DNA of 55,616 nucleotides, taken from positions 118,595,482-118,651,097 of the forward strand of contig NC_068981.1 of assembly GCF_001194135.2 (NCBI RefSeq), written 5' to 3'. Origin of the DNA: Octopus bimaculoides (Eukaryota). Made by a program: the position numbers and the translations under genes. Numbering within the stretch: position 1 is the stretch's first letter; each line of letters starts with the position of its first letter. The notes beneath the pieces were generated by a model. That model had not been told where the DNA came from, ran no database searches, and saw only the letters and a list, made by a program, of their open reading frames with translations. Positions 11,720-23,537 of this stretch are shown here, piece after piece.

Positions 11720-12680
11720 TTTACTTAATCCACAGATTATGAGTATGCGACTGCATTGGGCAAGAATATTTCTAGATATTAATGAAAGCAATGATTCCGT
11801 TAGCATTAGATCTAAACCTCAAAAGTCTTAGGGCCATAGAAAATCTGGGCCAGAAACATTTGAGATTTTAGATAAATGTCTCTATTGTATTTGTCTGTCT
11901 ATTGAAAGGAAAGGAGTCAAACTCATGATCAAGGTAGAAAGGGTCGAAAGGCCTTTCTTTTCGGTTTCTGTTCCAGTTGCTTTAACAGAGCTTCAGAGGC
12001 CGAGTTTTGAGAAATTTCTATCGTTTGCCTGGAGTCGCAACGTGACGGCATTACTTTCTTTGTGACTAAATTCAGTTTGTTATTGTGATATGGGGTGTGG
12101 GCTTACCTTTATTTTTGCCAATGCCACTAATTAATACATTAATTACTCTGTAGTGTGTTTTATTGGTAGTTTCTGCTTTACGCTGGATAACTATTTTTGA
12201 TAGATTTTCTTATGTCTACTTTATTTTCCTTTCTCTATATTTCCTTGTTTAGTAGGTTGATGCAGAGTTTCGAGTCGGTTATGCATGATTTCGTTGTTAT
12301 TGTTTTTTGGGTTATCACTGGTTATTATGGCGTTGGCTATCTATGATATGCAATTGGCACTGGATTGTTTATGTTGCCTTGTGAGTTGCGTCTTGTGAAA
12401 AGGCTCGTTTCTTGGTACTTTTTTGCAGTTTATAGAAGCATTTTCTTTCTTTTTCATTAATATGAGATAACGCTGCGATAATTCGTTGGTGGTTCCAAGA
12501 AAACCAAGGAATTGTTTACAAGGTAATTATGGTAATTACATATGAGAAACAGAATGAGATGTCTGGCGAAGAGGCGTTATATCTGGCTTGTGAGCTATGC
12601 AAAGCAAATCTAGTTCATGTTTACCTTGTTGGGACATGTATCATTTGAAACCAGGAAGTTTAGAATAGACTAAATTCTCC
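11720..12680 (-). mobile_element. Degenerate LINE ORF2 N-terminal part (AP endonuclease start, linker, RT domain 0)
   Basis: The minus strand gives KHELDLLCIAHKPDI (APE start, ~12600), linker-like LNKEI and AHTPYHNNKL..KK, and SGPD..LWIK (~11800). Heavily decayed. Confidence 0.45.
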
Positions 12681-12765
12681 CCCAACGTAAGTGTTTGTGA
12701 GGGTGTTTAAGTTTTGTATTTGGGATGGATAAATTGTAGGGTGATTGATGTGGCCGAAAGCTTGT

Positions 12766-12802
<37 letters not shown>

Positions 12803-13456
12803 GATTTGATGTGTAATTAGAACAAACCGTTGTAAAAATATCTATTTGTCTGTCTGATTTGAATTGGAAAGTCAGGTGGTAATATATAACGAAGGTGTTG
12901 TATGCGTTCAACACTCCTGCTTGATTTTTCAAACGTAGCTTCCTTTAAACTCACTCCCGAGTGAGATTGGCTACCCACCACATAACATTATCCTAAAACC
13001 TATCATTTGAACGCACGGAACGATCCAGATCCCAAACAACTCAACCAGTCTATTGATCATTACTACAACGCTGCACAGTACCTTAGACTTGCCTTCTTTG
13101 TTCTGATTGCCTAGGCCTACCACTAGTCAGGCTTTATTTTTCCCTTTCTTTTCTGGTTATAACCAAGCAGAACGAAATCCCGATCAATGAGCCGATTAAG
13201 TAAACCAATCAACAACAAACCTAAAACGACTATACAATAAATAAGATATGTAATGACCATTTATGCATAGTCTTGTATAACCGTGAGCACAATCATGAAT
13301 TTTTCAATATAGAATGGTGATGGACTATAACTTCGGGCCCGGCTACCAGAATACGCAGTGTTCTTTACTAATCTAAACAATATTGTTAACCTAGTGTAGT
13401 AACAGAGAGCTTATAAAGTATTTTGCCCGGATCTATGATCCCTCAATAATAACTCT

Positions 13457-13487
<31 letters not shown>

Positions 13488-13522
13488 CGTACGTATGTAC
13501 GTACATACATACATACATACAT

Positions 13523-14460
13523 ATGAGCAACATTCCTTGTCTGATAACCTAGAATACATGCCCAAAGGAGTCGCACGACTCTACCACAACGTATGATCAC
13601 ATGAAAGGATGAACCTATATGAGCAAAAGATTATGCATGGGTATATTAGTAGAAAGCTCTGAGATGATAGTAATATTGATCACCAAAGCAGTCTATCATG
13701 AACCAATAGCCGGATTACTACTTACCACTTTGAAGGGTATGCGTTTGCAATCCAGAAACAAGAAATATCAACCAAATACCTGATGCACAAATGGGATAGA
13801 GATGTAGAAAAAGCAGTAAAATGTGATAGCCAAGGCAGACTTTGTGGATTTAGCACTGAAAATATCCCCCACATCATAAGCAGTTGTCCGAAAATGTTAT
13901 CACGGTATCATCAACCGATGGAACATGACGTTGTAGCTAGGACACTCTACAATGAAATCCGTCGGAAGGATAACTCCGAGGACAAAAAAAATAAGAACCC
14001 ACGGTATGGTAGAAGTCATAGCCACTCATAATAAAAAGGAGTTCTGGTGGAATGTCCCAGTGAAGACCTCAATAAAATCTAAGCACAACAGACCTGATAT
14101 AATGATTTGTGATAGAGAAGAGAAACAGTACGCAGTTGTGGAAATTAGCTGCCCGGTGGATGTTAGCGTAAAGCTGAAATTTAGTGAAAAAGAGAATACC
14201 TATGCTGAGCTATTGAAAAGTCTGCAGTTACCCTATCTACATTACAAGTTCAGACTTATACCTGTAATTATTGGGGCGCTGGGACATGTAATACACTGCC
14301 TAAATACCAATCTTGAGAAATTAGGAGAAAGCTAATTCGAAGGCTACGACTCCAATCCACCACTGGAACTGTAAAAATCTGTAAGACTTTTGTTGTGTCG
14401 GACGCCTCCATGTGAGAAGTGGTCTGGTCCGCTACTAATAAATACTGGACTGACAAAGTC
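13523..14460 (+). mobile_element. R4/Dong-clade (restriction-like endonuclease) LINE, 5'-truncated
   Basis: Decayed CCHC (RLCGFSTENIPHIISSC..HDVVA), WWNVPV, HNRPDI, EISCP, IIGALG and the C-terminal TGTVKICKTF. Frameshifted. Confidence 0.85.
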
Positions 14461-15307
14461 AGTAATGGCAGTCAGAGAGTCACTTTTGTTAGTGTTAAAT
14501 CATTTTTGATTCCGGTTGACGTAAGTCGTGGTATGCTTTGTTGTATCTTTGTTAAAGGTTTACCCCGCGCGGGTGAACCATGTTTTGCTGAATTTGTTAA
14601 ATACCGTCGTTATTTTTCCTACGGGCCTGTTAAATTTTGTGCTTGTCTTCTTCCCCATTTTGGGGCGAAGTGACTGAAAAAAGGAAAAGAAAATGGAGCG
14701 TGAACCGGTTCAAGCACATGCTGGGAGTTATGCTTCAGCAGCTGAGAAAGGTGCAAGTTCGCTAGAAGTGCAAGTAATTAAAATTGAACAGAAGAAGCTG
14801 AAGGAACACTACAAGCTGATTCAGAATGAGGGATCCAGTTTAAAGCTGACCCCTCTACAAGAGGTGACAACCAGTACCAAGAAAATAACAGTGGTGTACA
14901 GAACTCTATCGACAATCACTAAGAAAATAGAGAAAGCTATGGAAGAAGCAATTGAAGAATGTCTGAAGAAAATTAAGCACCTAACAACATTCTATACAGG
15001 AGGCAGAAAATACGGCTCAGTGGAGGTGAGATTTGCCAACGAACAGGAGGCAATAAATCATTTCACTGTGACGCTAAAGACAGAAAAATGGGTACTCCTG
15101 CCTACCTACTGCGGCAAAAAGTTCGCCAGAGTGAAAATAGGCAGAGTACTACCAGAAATCAAAGAAGCGTGACTGGTGGCAGCCGTAATGCACAAAACCG
15201 AGGAAGACGCCAAAATTCTAAAGGTGACAAGGACAAAGAAGGTAAATTGTTGGGGATATGGACTATAAATGGTGATCCAGGTCGGACAACAGGGTCTAAA
15301 TGAAATC
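14461..15307 (+). mobile_element. 5' UTR plus ORF1 N-terminal part of an L1/Tx1-like LINE
   Basis: The 159-aa ORF 14693-15172 (SYASAA, YGSVEVRF, LLPTYCG) continues past one stop for about 45 codons. It is homologous by eye to minus-strand 53335-53860. The clade assignment is inferred. Confidence 0.55.
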
Positions 15308-15380
15308 TGCTCTTTCTCTATTGGCAAGAAATCTTGAAATAAAACTGAAAAATGACATACATACATACATACATACATAC
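15308..15380 (+). mobile_element. Retroelement 3' terminus with (CATA)n tail
   Basis: gctctttctctattggcaagaaatcttgaaataaaactg..atgac(ATAC)n. Longer copies lie on the minus strand at 21075-21176 and 43793-43906. Confidence 0.75.
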
Positions 15381-15938
15381 ATTCATGCATACAATATCGA
15401 GCACACATACACAAGGTATGTGTTTTGCTAGTTCGTGGGTAAGCTGCGCTTATAGGCGTAAGAGAATATATTTTCATCTATTCGCCTGGTATTAGAACAT
15501 CTGGAAACCATAGACAAGCGAGATTACTCGCAACAGGTCCCATCCAGGAGTGATAGACATCGATGTTTCGTCACTTCTGTGACTTGTCAATACTGTGTAC
15601 TCGAACGATGTCTGATGCAAGCCAAATTGCAGTCTATGACTATATGCTAATCGGTGTAAGAACCATCTGCTGATATGTCCCAACGTTTCATACTATAGAA
15701 AATATTCAAACATGAATTGGACGCAGCTCGTGGGAAAAAACATCGATGCCTGTTGCTCTTGAATGGGACCTGGTGCGAGTTATCTCGCTTTTCTATGACT
15801 TCCAGGTGTTTTAACACCAGGCGCATTTATGAGAATATTTTCTCTTACGCCTATAAGCGCAGGTTGCCCACGAACTAGCAAAACACATACCTTGTGTATG
15901 TGTGCTCGATATTGTATGCATGAATGTATGTATGTATG
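15368..15938. repeat. Long inverted repeat / foldback (arms ~210 bp, spacer ~155 bp)
   Basis: 15368-15574 is the reverse complement of ~15730-15938. The outer 72 nt are perfectly complementary. Confidence 0.92.
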
Positions 15939-15984
15939 TGTATTCGAATTTGTTTTTGTATCCCTTGAGCTGCTTTTAATTCAT

Positions 15985-16024
15985 ATGGTCTGCATTACTA
16001 AGTAAACTTAGTAATGCAGACCAT
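15985..16024. repeat. Perfect 18-bp palindrome with 4-nt loop
   Basis: ATGGTCTGCATTACTAAG-TAAA-CTTAGTAATGCAGACCAT. Confidence 0.97.
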
Positions 16025-16049
16025 CCAAAGCTGCCACACATACACACGG

Positions 16050-16205
16050 CCACTTAAAGGGTTTTAGTCGAACAAATCGACGCCAGGACTTATTCTTTAG
16101 AGGCCTAGTACTTATTCTATCGTTCCCTTTTGCCGAACCGCTAGGCTACAGGGACATAAACACACCAGCATCGGTTGTCAAGCGATGGCAGGGGCAAATA
16201 CACAC
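16050..16205 (-). mobile_element. SINE family A, 3' half
   Basis: Reverse complement of the 3' half of 50632-51033 (ctagtacttattctatcg..ttttgccgaaccgcta). Confidence 0.8.
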
Positions 16206-16284
16206 GCATATAAGTACATACATACATACACACACGCGCGCGCACACAGACACACACACACATACACACACACACACACATATG

Positions 16285-16327
<43 letters not shown>

Positions 16328-16377
16328 NNNNNNNNNNNNNNNNNNNNNNNNNNNNNNNNNNNNNNNNNNNNNNNNNT

Positions 16378-17250
16378 ATATAAGAAAACAAAAATAGAAC
16401 GTAATAGGCGACATTAAAAAATCTGGACAGTTAGACGATACTAAAAAGGACAGGAAAAAACAAGGACAAGTCATTCGGAGTTTTCTATCTCCAGTCGAGT
16501 TTCAAATTTTCTCACCAGTTTCGGCCGGTTACACTTGAGACTGCTCCAATCTGGCCGGCCCAAAAGAAAATCTAAGCTAAGAGCACGAGATTCCTTGGAA
16601 GAAAGCAAGCGAATGTATACGAAAACAAGGACGAAAAAAATAACGGAGAAATGGTACACAAATACAAATACAAACAACAGGTGTCTTTCGACTAAAGGCG
16701 AATTAAATTAAGCTGGCGTGTGTGGAATGAAGCCTTACGGCAGGTACATAGGTGATGAAAGTCATGGGAAGGAATACGGATGTAGTCGAACCAAGAAAGA
16801 AAGGTTAGGCTTGGCAGAACACCGGTCACGTGGAAGGAGAAGAGAGAGGTGGGGGCAGAGGAATAGAAGAATTAGGGAGGGACGAGAAAGAAAGAGAAAA
16901 GAAAAGGGACAGAGTGAGGTAAAAGAGGAGGGAAGGTGAGAATGAAGGGAAGGCCAAGAAATTTGAGAGAGGTGAGGCAAAAAAACGAAGAGTGGAAAGA
17001 ATGAAGTAAGTGTGAAGGGCTGAAAGAAAGAATAAGAGAGTCGTACAGAATTTAGATATATATGTACTTACATATAAGAGACCAAAAGTGTACGTACGTC
17101 GCTATATGTATATATAAAAAGAAAACAAAAAATGGAACAAGAGCGTAACAAGCGACAACAAAACATCCGGACAGTTAGACGATGCACAAAAGGACAGGAA
17201 AAAGTAAGGACGAGTCATTGGGAGTTCTCTATCTTCAGCCGAGTTCCAGA
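16378..17250. repeat. Unit bounded by ~130-bp diverged direct repeats
   Basis: 16378-16510 resembles 17110-17250 (ggacagttagacgat..aaaaggacaggaaaaa..agtcatt.ggagtt.tctatct.cag.cgagtt). Confidence 0.75.
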
Positions 17251-17264
17251 TTTATATATATATA

Positions 17265-17415
17265 CACGACGGGCTACTTTCAGTTTCTGTCAACGAAATC
17301 CGTTCACAAGGTTTTGGTCGGCCCGAGGCTATAGTAGAAGACACTTGCCCAAAGCAGCGGGACAGAACCCGGAAACATGTGATTGAGAAGCAAGCTTCTT
17401 ACCACACACCCACGT
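17265..17415 (-). mobile_element. SINE family A, 5' half
   Basis: cgacgggctactttcagtttc..ggctatagtagaagacacttgccc..gcaagcttcttaccacac. Confidence 0.85.
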
Positions 17416-17895
17416 GAAGTCACCACAGATTTTAGAGTCTTCTTAGATTTTGATAAGTGAAATGATTCCTCTCTTCTGTTCACGAAAATATTAGTAACTT
17501 ACAATATATTTATAGTGTATGCAACCTCAGACAGATATAACCAGTCTGTCTACTTTACATAACAGAAAGACTATTAACTTGTCACTGCAAGCATTATTAT
17601 GCAAATTAGATAAACCAGTTTAGCTCTGTCCGAATTTGTATGAATTGTATATAGATATAAGCTAATAATCTCTTGTGGAGTATCCTGTCGTTAGGGAAGA
17701 TAAAAAAAAGATACTAATTTATCAAACTGTTTCCCCTTTACTGCCCCAGGAGCGATAGAAATCTGTGGCATAATATTTTTGTTTAGTTCTCACAAGGGTG
17801 CAAAACTGTATGCTTAATAACAAGATATATAATGTACGTGTCTTGACTTACATTTCAATATATCCGTCTAGATATCCTTCACACATACAGTATAT

Positions 17896-17929
<34 letters not shown>

Positions 17930-19929
17930 ATACATAACATACATACATATATATATATATAAACATACATAACATACATATATATATATATATATGTATC
18001 TTCCAAATATTTTCTCTCTCATTCACTCTCTCATTCGCTCGCTCGCTCACTCACTCACTCGCTCGCTCGCTCTCAGAGACTCAATACTACGTATTAAGCT
18101 TTTCAACACGATAAGAACCTTGAATATGAAACTGCCATACCTATATTTAGCATCAAATCAGCAACGACGAAGAGGAAATTGTCCGTGATTGGTGCTTAAA
18201 ATATGCTTACCTGCAAATATTGAAAAAAGAAGCACAATTAATTTAAGTACGGTAAAAAAGGCAAATAAATTGAGAGAAAGGGTGAGAAAGAGCAAGAGAA
18301 GGAGAGAGAGAAATGGTGAGAAAGAGCAAGAGAAGGAGAGAGACAAAGAAAGAGTGGGGAAGACAGGAAGAGAGAGATTCATTAAGATCAAATACAATTT
18401 TAGCAGTAGGTAACAGAATTTATTCAACTATAATTTATAGGATTTCATTTGTGCACTGGAAGTTGGCGAAAACTAAACAGCAGAGATTATGACACTTCAC
18501 GCTGTAAAACAATGAAGTTAAATATTCAAACAAGTAGATCTATGATCTATGCTCAAATGAAGGTTATAAAAAAGACAATTCTCATAGCATATTCAAACAT
18601 CCTGTAACTCAATTGATCATTAAAGAAAATCTGAAACTTTCATTTCGTTTGGAGTTTCTTGAACAAGTCCCGGTATATGGAAGCAGAAGAAGTGTGCGTC
18701 GACCTCCTAGATACAGCAGCCAATCTTTTCTCAGGCACCTAAGAAAGGACGAACGCTTTGCCAATGTTGTTCCTGATATACAGGCACTATTGGAACGCAT
18801 TTGATCATATATCGTTCATCCCAGATTTGCTCGATCTTCGTTAACCAAAGATATATAGCAACAGCAAAACTGGAATATATTTAGCTTCAATCAACTACTG
18901 AGGCTTCCTGTCCTTTCACCGTTCTAAAAAAGATGAAACTTAAAACAACGGTATTAAATATGTGATGCCTGAAAACAAAAATGGGTTGATGATAGCTGTA
19001 AAACTTTTGACACTAAGGGTTAGCCTGGGGTTAAACAAAACAACATCAACAAGAAACATCAGAAAAGCAACTGGACATTGTGTATAATCAATATAAACCA
19101 ATATTATTCAACTTTTATTTCCTTTATAATACACCGTATTTCACTACAATTAAAATTTAGTTTGTATTACTCTGAAGGGAACCTAGGCACATAAAGTTTA
19201 GATCATGGTCATTTCTCCTACAATTTTACAATATTTAAATTAGGTTCTTATAGTTGTTTTCAACAACTTAGCGAGAGTAGCAAGGACAAGGCAAATGACC
19301 CTTTTTTAAGATCTCTAATACTGGTGACAAAACCAGGGACACAATCTACAGTCCGAGGATCTGATTTTGCAAAACTGCAGATTCAGCTGAAGGTAGCTAA
19401 ATGCCAGTTACTAGACGTAAACCGGTTAACGGATTAAGTCTAGCACCCAAGAAGAGAAACAGTTACTCTGGCTACCAAATTTCACAAACAAGACAATTTG
19501 TCGGTTAGATTCAATACCTCAGGCTGCACGTAGTAAGCAAAACAAGGACATGCTCTACAGTCTCAGGCTGCGCGCAGTGGGGGGCGAAGTATATTGAAAA
19601 ACATATAGGTGCCAAATATACTTCTTAATAGCACATTTATGAATTCATCGACTGGGAGGATGTTATCGTAGACCTTTCTGTAAATATATGTAGCAGCAGG
19701 ATAAATATAGAGACGATAAGGAATGTTAGATGCTTGACTTCCGTTATCGGCAGTAGCCATCAACGTGAGATAAGTCATGTTGACCTTTCTCCATCTACTC
19801 GCCAGAGAATCTTTTTTCTAATGCTAAATAAACTGAGAATGAAGAAAGTGACTGCACTGAATTAAAGCACTAACGACATGTAAGTTACTAAAAATTACAA
19901 TACCAATAATATAATTCTATATAATTTCG

Positions 19930-20110
19930 GCAAAAGGCCACCAGTTTTGAGAGGAGGGGCATGTTGATTACATCCTCTCCACTCACCAGTTCTTGACTTT
20001 TACTTTATTTTATTCATCCGAAGAAAATGGAAGACAAGGTCGATCCCGACAGACTTTGAGTTCAGAACATAAGGAGCCGGAAGAAATATTGCTAAGCATT
20101 TTGCCCGATG
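19930..20110 (-). mobile_element. SINE family C (degenerate)
   Basis: Matches the family C layout of 42195-42394 (aaggtcga..tttgagttcagaac..gctaagcattttgccc). Confidence 0.65.
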
Positions 20111-20230
20111 CTGACAGATTCCTATATACTTTTGGTGGTCAGAAGAATTCAAGTTACATATATAAACGTGTGTATATGTGTAGCCGTTTTCGTGTATATA
20201 TGTTTGTTTCTGTGTGCGTGTGTATGCAGT

Positions 20231-20551
20231 GGTGCGTGGCGTAGCGGTTAGAGTATTCGGCTCACGGTGATTGTAAGGTTTTGAGTTCGATACCTGGCGG
20301 CACGTTGTGTCCTTGAGCAAGACATTATTTCTCATTACTCCAGTCCACTCAGCTGGCAAAAATGAGTTGTACCTGTATTTTCAAAGGGCCAAACTTGTTA
20401 TATATTCTGTCATGCTAAATCTTCCTGAGAACTACGTCGCGGGTACGCGTATATGTGGAGTGCTCAGCCACTTGTATGTTAATTTCACGAGCAGGCTGTT
20501 CCGTTGATTGGGTCAAGCAGAACTCTCGTTGTTGTAACAGACGAAGTGCAA
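20231..20551 (+). mobile_element. SINE family B variant, full length
   Basis: tRNA head (ggcgtagcggttagag..gagttcgatacc), core gtgtccttgagcaagac..ccagtccactcagctggcaaaaatgag, and the family B tail. Confidence 0.85.
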
Positions 20552-20872
20552 TGACTGTGTATCCATGAACGTATTTTTTGAGTATTTCATATGCAACTGA
20601 TCGAGCTATTGATTTGAAAAGAACCTTAAACATCTCTGAGGAACGATCAAGAAACTGTGAAACAGTGTGTCAAAATACTCAACCTTTTTCCTTCCCAATA
20701 TCGATAGTACAGAACGAAAGTGCTTACGTTATTATACGACATACACTCGGTCTTTATCACGTTTGTGTTTATTTCAGCTCTTCTGATTCACTGAAGCTTT
20801 ATAAAGTGAGGCTTACGGTGAAGCTTTATGAAGTTTAAATTTACATTCATTTCTGATTTCTGGTGTACTGAG

Positions 20873-20917
<45 letters not shown>

Positions 20918-21074
20918 ACACACGCACACTCACTCACTGAAATAATCATACGCGTGCGCGCATGTTTGTACAGGTTTGGCGGTGGAAACAGGGAAGTTAG
21001 ATCTCAAAACGTGATTAACTCAAGGGCCGAAGCGTTTTAATAAAAAAAAAATTATGTATATATGTATGTATGTA

Positions 21075-21176
21075 TGTCACTATTCAGTTTTATTTCAAGA
21101 TTCCTTGCCAATAGAGAAAGGGTCGGTTTCTAATCTAGATCCTAATTCCAACAAGGATCAACAAGAGGGTATTTTT
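21075..21176 (-). mobile_element. ~100-bp retroelement 3' terminus embedded in (TATG)n/(TG)n
   Basis: Same sequence as 43793-43906 and 15308-15355. Confidence 0.75.
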
Positions 21177-21997
21177 GTATGTATGTGTGTGTGTGTGTGT
21201 GCAGATTTATCCGAGTACTTAATGGTATACATACACCTCCCTTCTAAACACTGCTTTAAACAGCGGAGTTTGGCTAGAAAGTTAAAACTTAGTGTGCATG
21301 CACAACAGAGTTCAACGTCAATCTTTGCCAAGCGGCTTCACTCTGCGCGCTTTAGCTTCGTTACTATAGCAACAGTCCGGATTCTTATTAATCATACCTG
21401 TGTGTGTGTGTGTGTGTATACATTTACACGCACACACACACACACACATAAGGACGAAAATTGATCTCAGTCATATTTCACATCTGATGAAACATTTACC
21501 ATAAGTCATTTTTTCCAACACCCTACTCTTTCTTCCGGGTCAATGCTACTGCTTCCGCTACTACTGCTGCCGCTGATGCGGCAGCTGCTACTACTACCAC
21601 TACGACTACTAGAAATATTATTTTCTTGCTAATTAATCCAATTACCGCCATCAAGGTTATTTCATAGAACCAGTACAGCGTTAGAAACACCATTTTCCTA
21701 AATTTTTTACTAGGCTTTATGTTCGAATTTCGTAGAAGTTTACATTGTTTTTTTGTTTCGTTTTTTTTATTCCCCCTGGGTAGATGCCCTAAGTACTAAT
21801 CACGTATAACATGCTATAACATTATTTATCACGCTTCATTAAATTCACCAGTATATATGTGCATTCTTTATTTTTCTGATCTCATTTATTGGACAATAGC
21901 TACGCTGGCGACCATATTCAAGGCTCTCGACTATTCATATCAATCTTAATTGTGATTTTTATTTACTTTTATTGATCTTAATTGATCTTTTAGTGAT

Positions 21998-22024
21998 TTC
22001 TGGTTGCAAGACAGACAGACAGAC

Positions 22025-22113
<89 letters not shown>
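21998..22113 (+). repeat. (GACA)n(GATA)n microsatellite
   Basis: Read directly. It abuts the 3' end of the minus-strand SINE at 22114. Confidence 0.9.
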
Positions 22114-22114
<1 letters not shown>

Positions 22115-22428
22115 GCACTTCGTCAGTCACAATGACGAGTGTTCCAGTTGATCCGATCAACGGAACAGCTTGCTCATGAAACTGACGTGCAAGTGAACAC
22201 CCCACAGACACGTGCCACTTTAACATGGTTTTGAAGGAGATTCAGCGTGGCACAGAATGTGACTAGGCTGACCCTTTGAATTACAGGTACTGCTCATTTT
22301 TGCCAGCTGAGTAGACTGGGGCAATGCGAAATAAAGTACCTTGCTCAAGGATACAACGCGCCAACGGGAATTGAACTCACGACCTTAGAATCAAGAGCCG
22401 AATATCCTAACCACTAAGATACACCTTC
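22114..22428 (-). mobile_element. SINE family B variant, full length
   Basis: Reverse complement of the 20231-20551 type. Confidence 0.85.
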
Positions 22429-23500
22429 ACCTTAAGATAGATTGATAGATAGATAGATAGACACTGTTTTCCTGCTTAAATCACACGAATAATCGATTAC
22501 ATGAACCTCAGAAAACCGATTCAAAAATCTGAACCATCTAATAAAAAAACTTAAGTATATTTGAAATGTTTGCTAACAGAAGATAACATAAAAATTAATA
22601 ACTGAGACGAAACTGCAAAAGAGATAGAATATGGTTTACCGAAAATATGTAAGGTTACCATATGAAAGTCTTGCGAACAGAACAAAACACAGCAGCTTTA
22701 TGAAGTTGGCTACCCAACAAAAACGAAATGGAATTGAAAATTATTGTAGAAAAATATTACTTGATCGAAATTATTTGCAATCCGTTGAGAATGGTTTTCG
22801 TATTTTATCAGACGGAAAGTATTTCAGTGTTTTTATCTTAAAATAAGTTCTCCATACATGCCCATGACACTTTTGGACAAGAAAAAATTTGATTCCCCCC
22901 TTCAATCACTGGATTACCAAAACTCTTTTTTTTTTAACCAAATTGCTTCAGCAATTTCGAACTTTTTGAATGCATTTTATCTCTAAAGTGTATCTAAATT
23001 ATATTTTTTCTTTCTCAATTTTTATCGTTTTCTTCCCCGGTTCTTTTTTTTCTTTCTATACTCGGAGGTCAGCCGCCACAGCCACAAAAATTTCATTCCG
23101 TGTCTTCATGTTCCAAAATATCTTTCAAAAGTTACATACACTGCAAGCAATGTGGAATGAAAGTATTTTTTTAAAATTATTTTCTTCGTTCTTGCTGCTA
23201 TGAAACTTGTTTTCGACATCTCACTCGCTATTTAGGAAAATTGTTTTCACGAGAATACTTGGATGCCTAAATCCGTTCTCCCTCGAATCGAACATTAATG
23301 TATACTTTTTATTGATGCTGGAGCAGAGCACTTTGCAAAATACTTTTCATGGGTGGTCTTTTTTAAAGGTGATTATATTTAAATATCAACGTTTCCAGTT
23401 TTGTGTGAATTCATTTGGTAAAATTAAACTTGAGCTCGTGATCTTAAAGAAATTGATTAGCATGTGGTAAAGATTTATAGCAAGAGTAAAGGTTATAAGG

Positions 23501-23537
<37 letters not shown>

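Noticed and set aside
11950-12500. Possible Penelope GIY-YIG domain
   Set aside because: No GIY/YIG motifs are recoverable. The flanking APE-start and GPD motifs fit a LINE ORF2 linker better.
18609-19778. Short ORFs of 63-71 aa in non-repeat DNA (also 23533-23745, 24268-24450, 27901-28128)
   Set aside because: No recognisable domain or consistent splice signals; the lengths are expected by chance.
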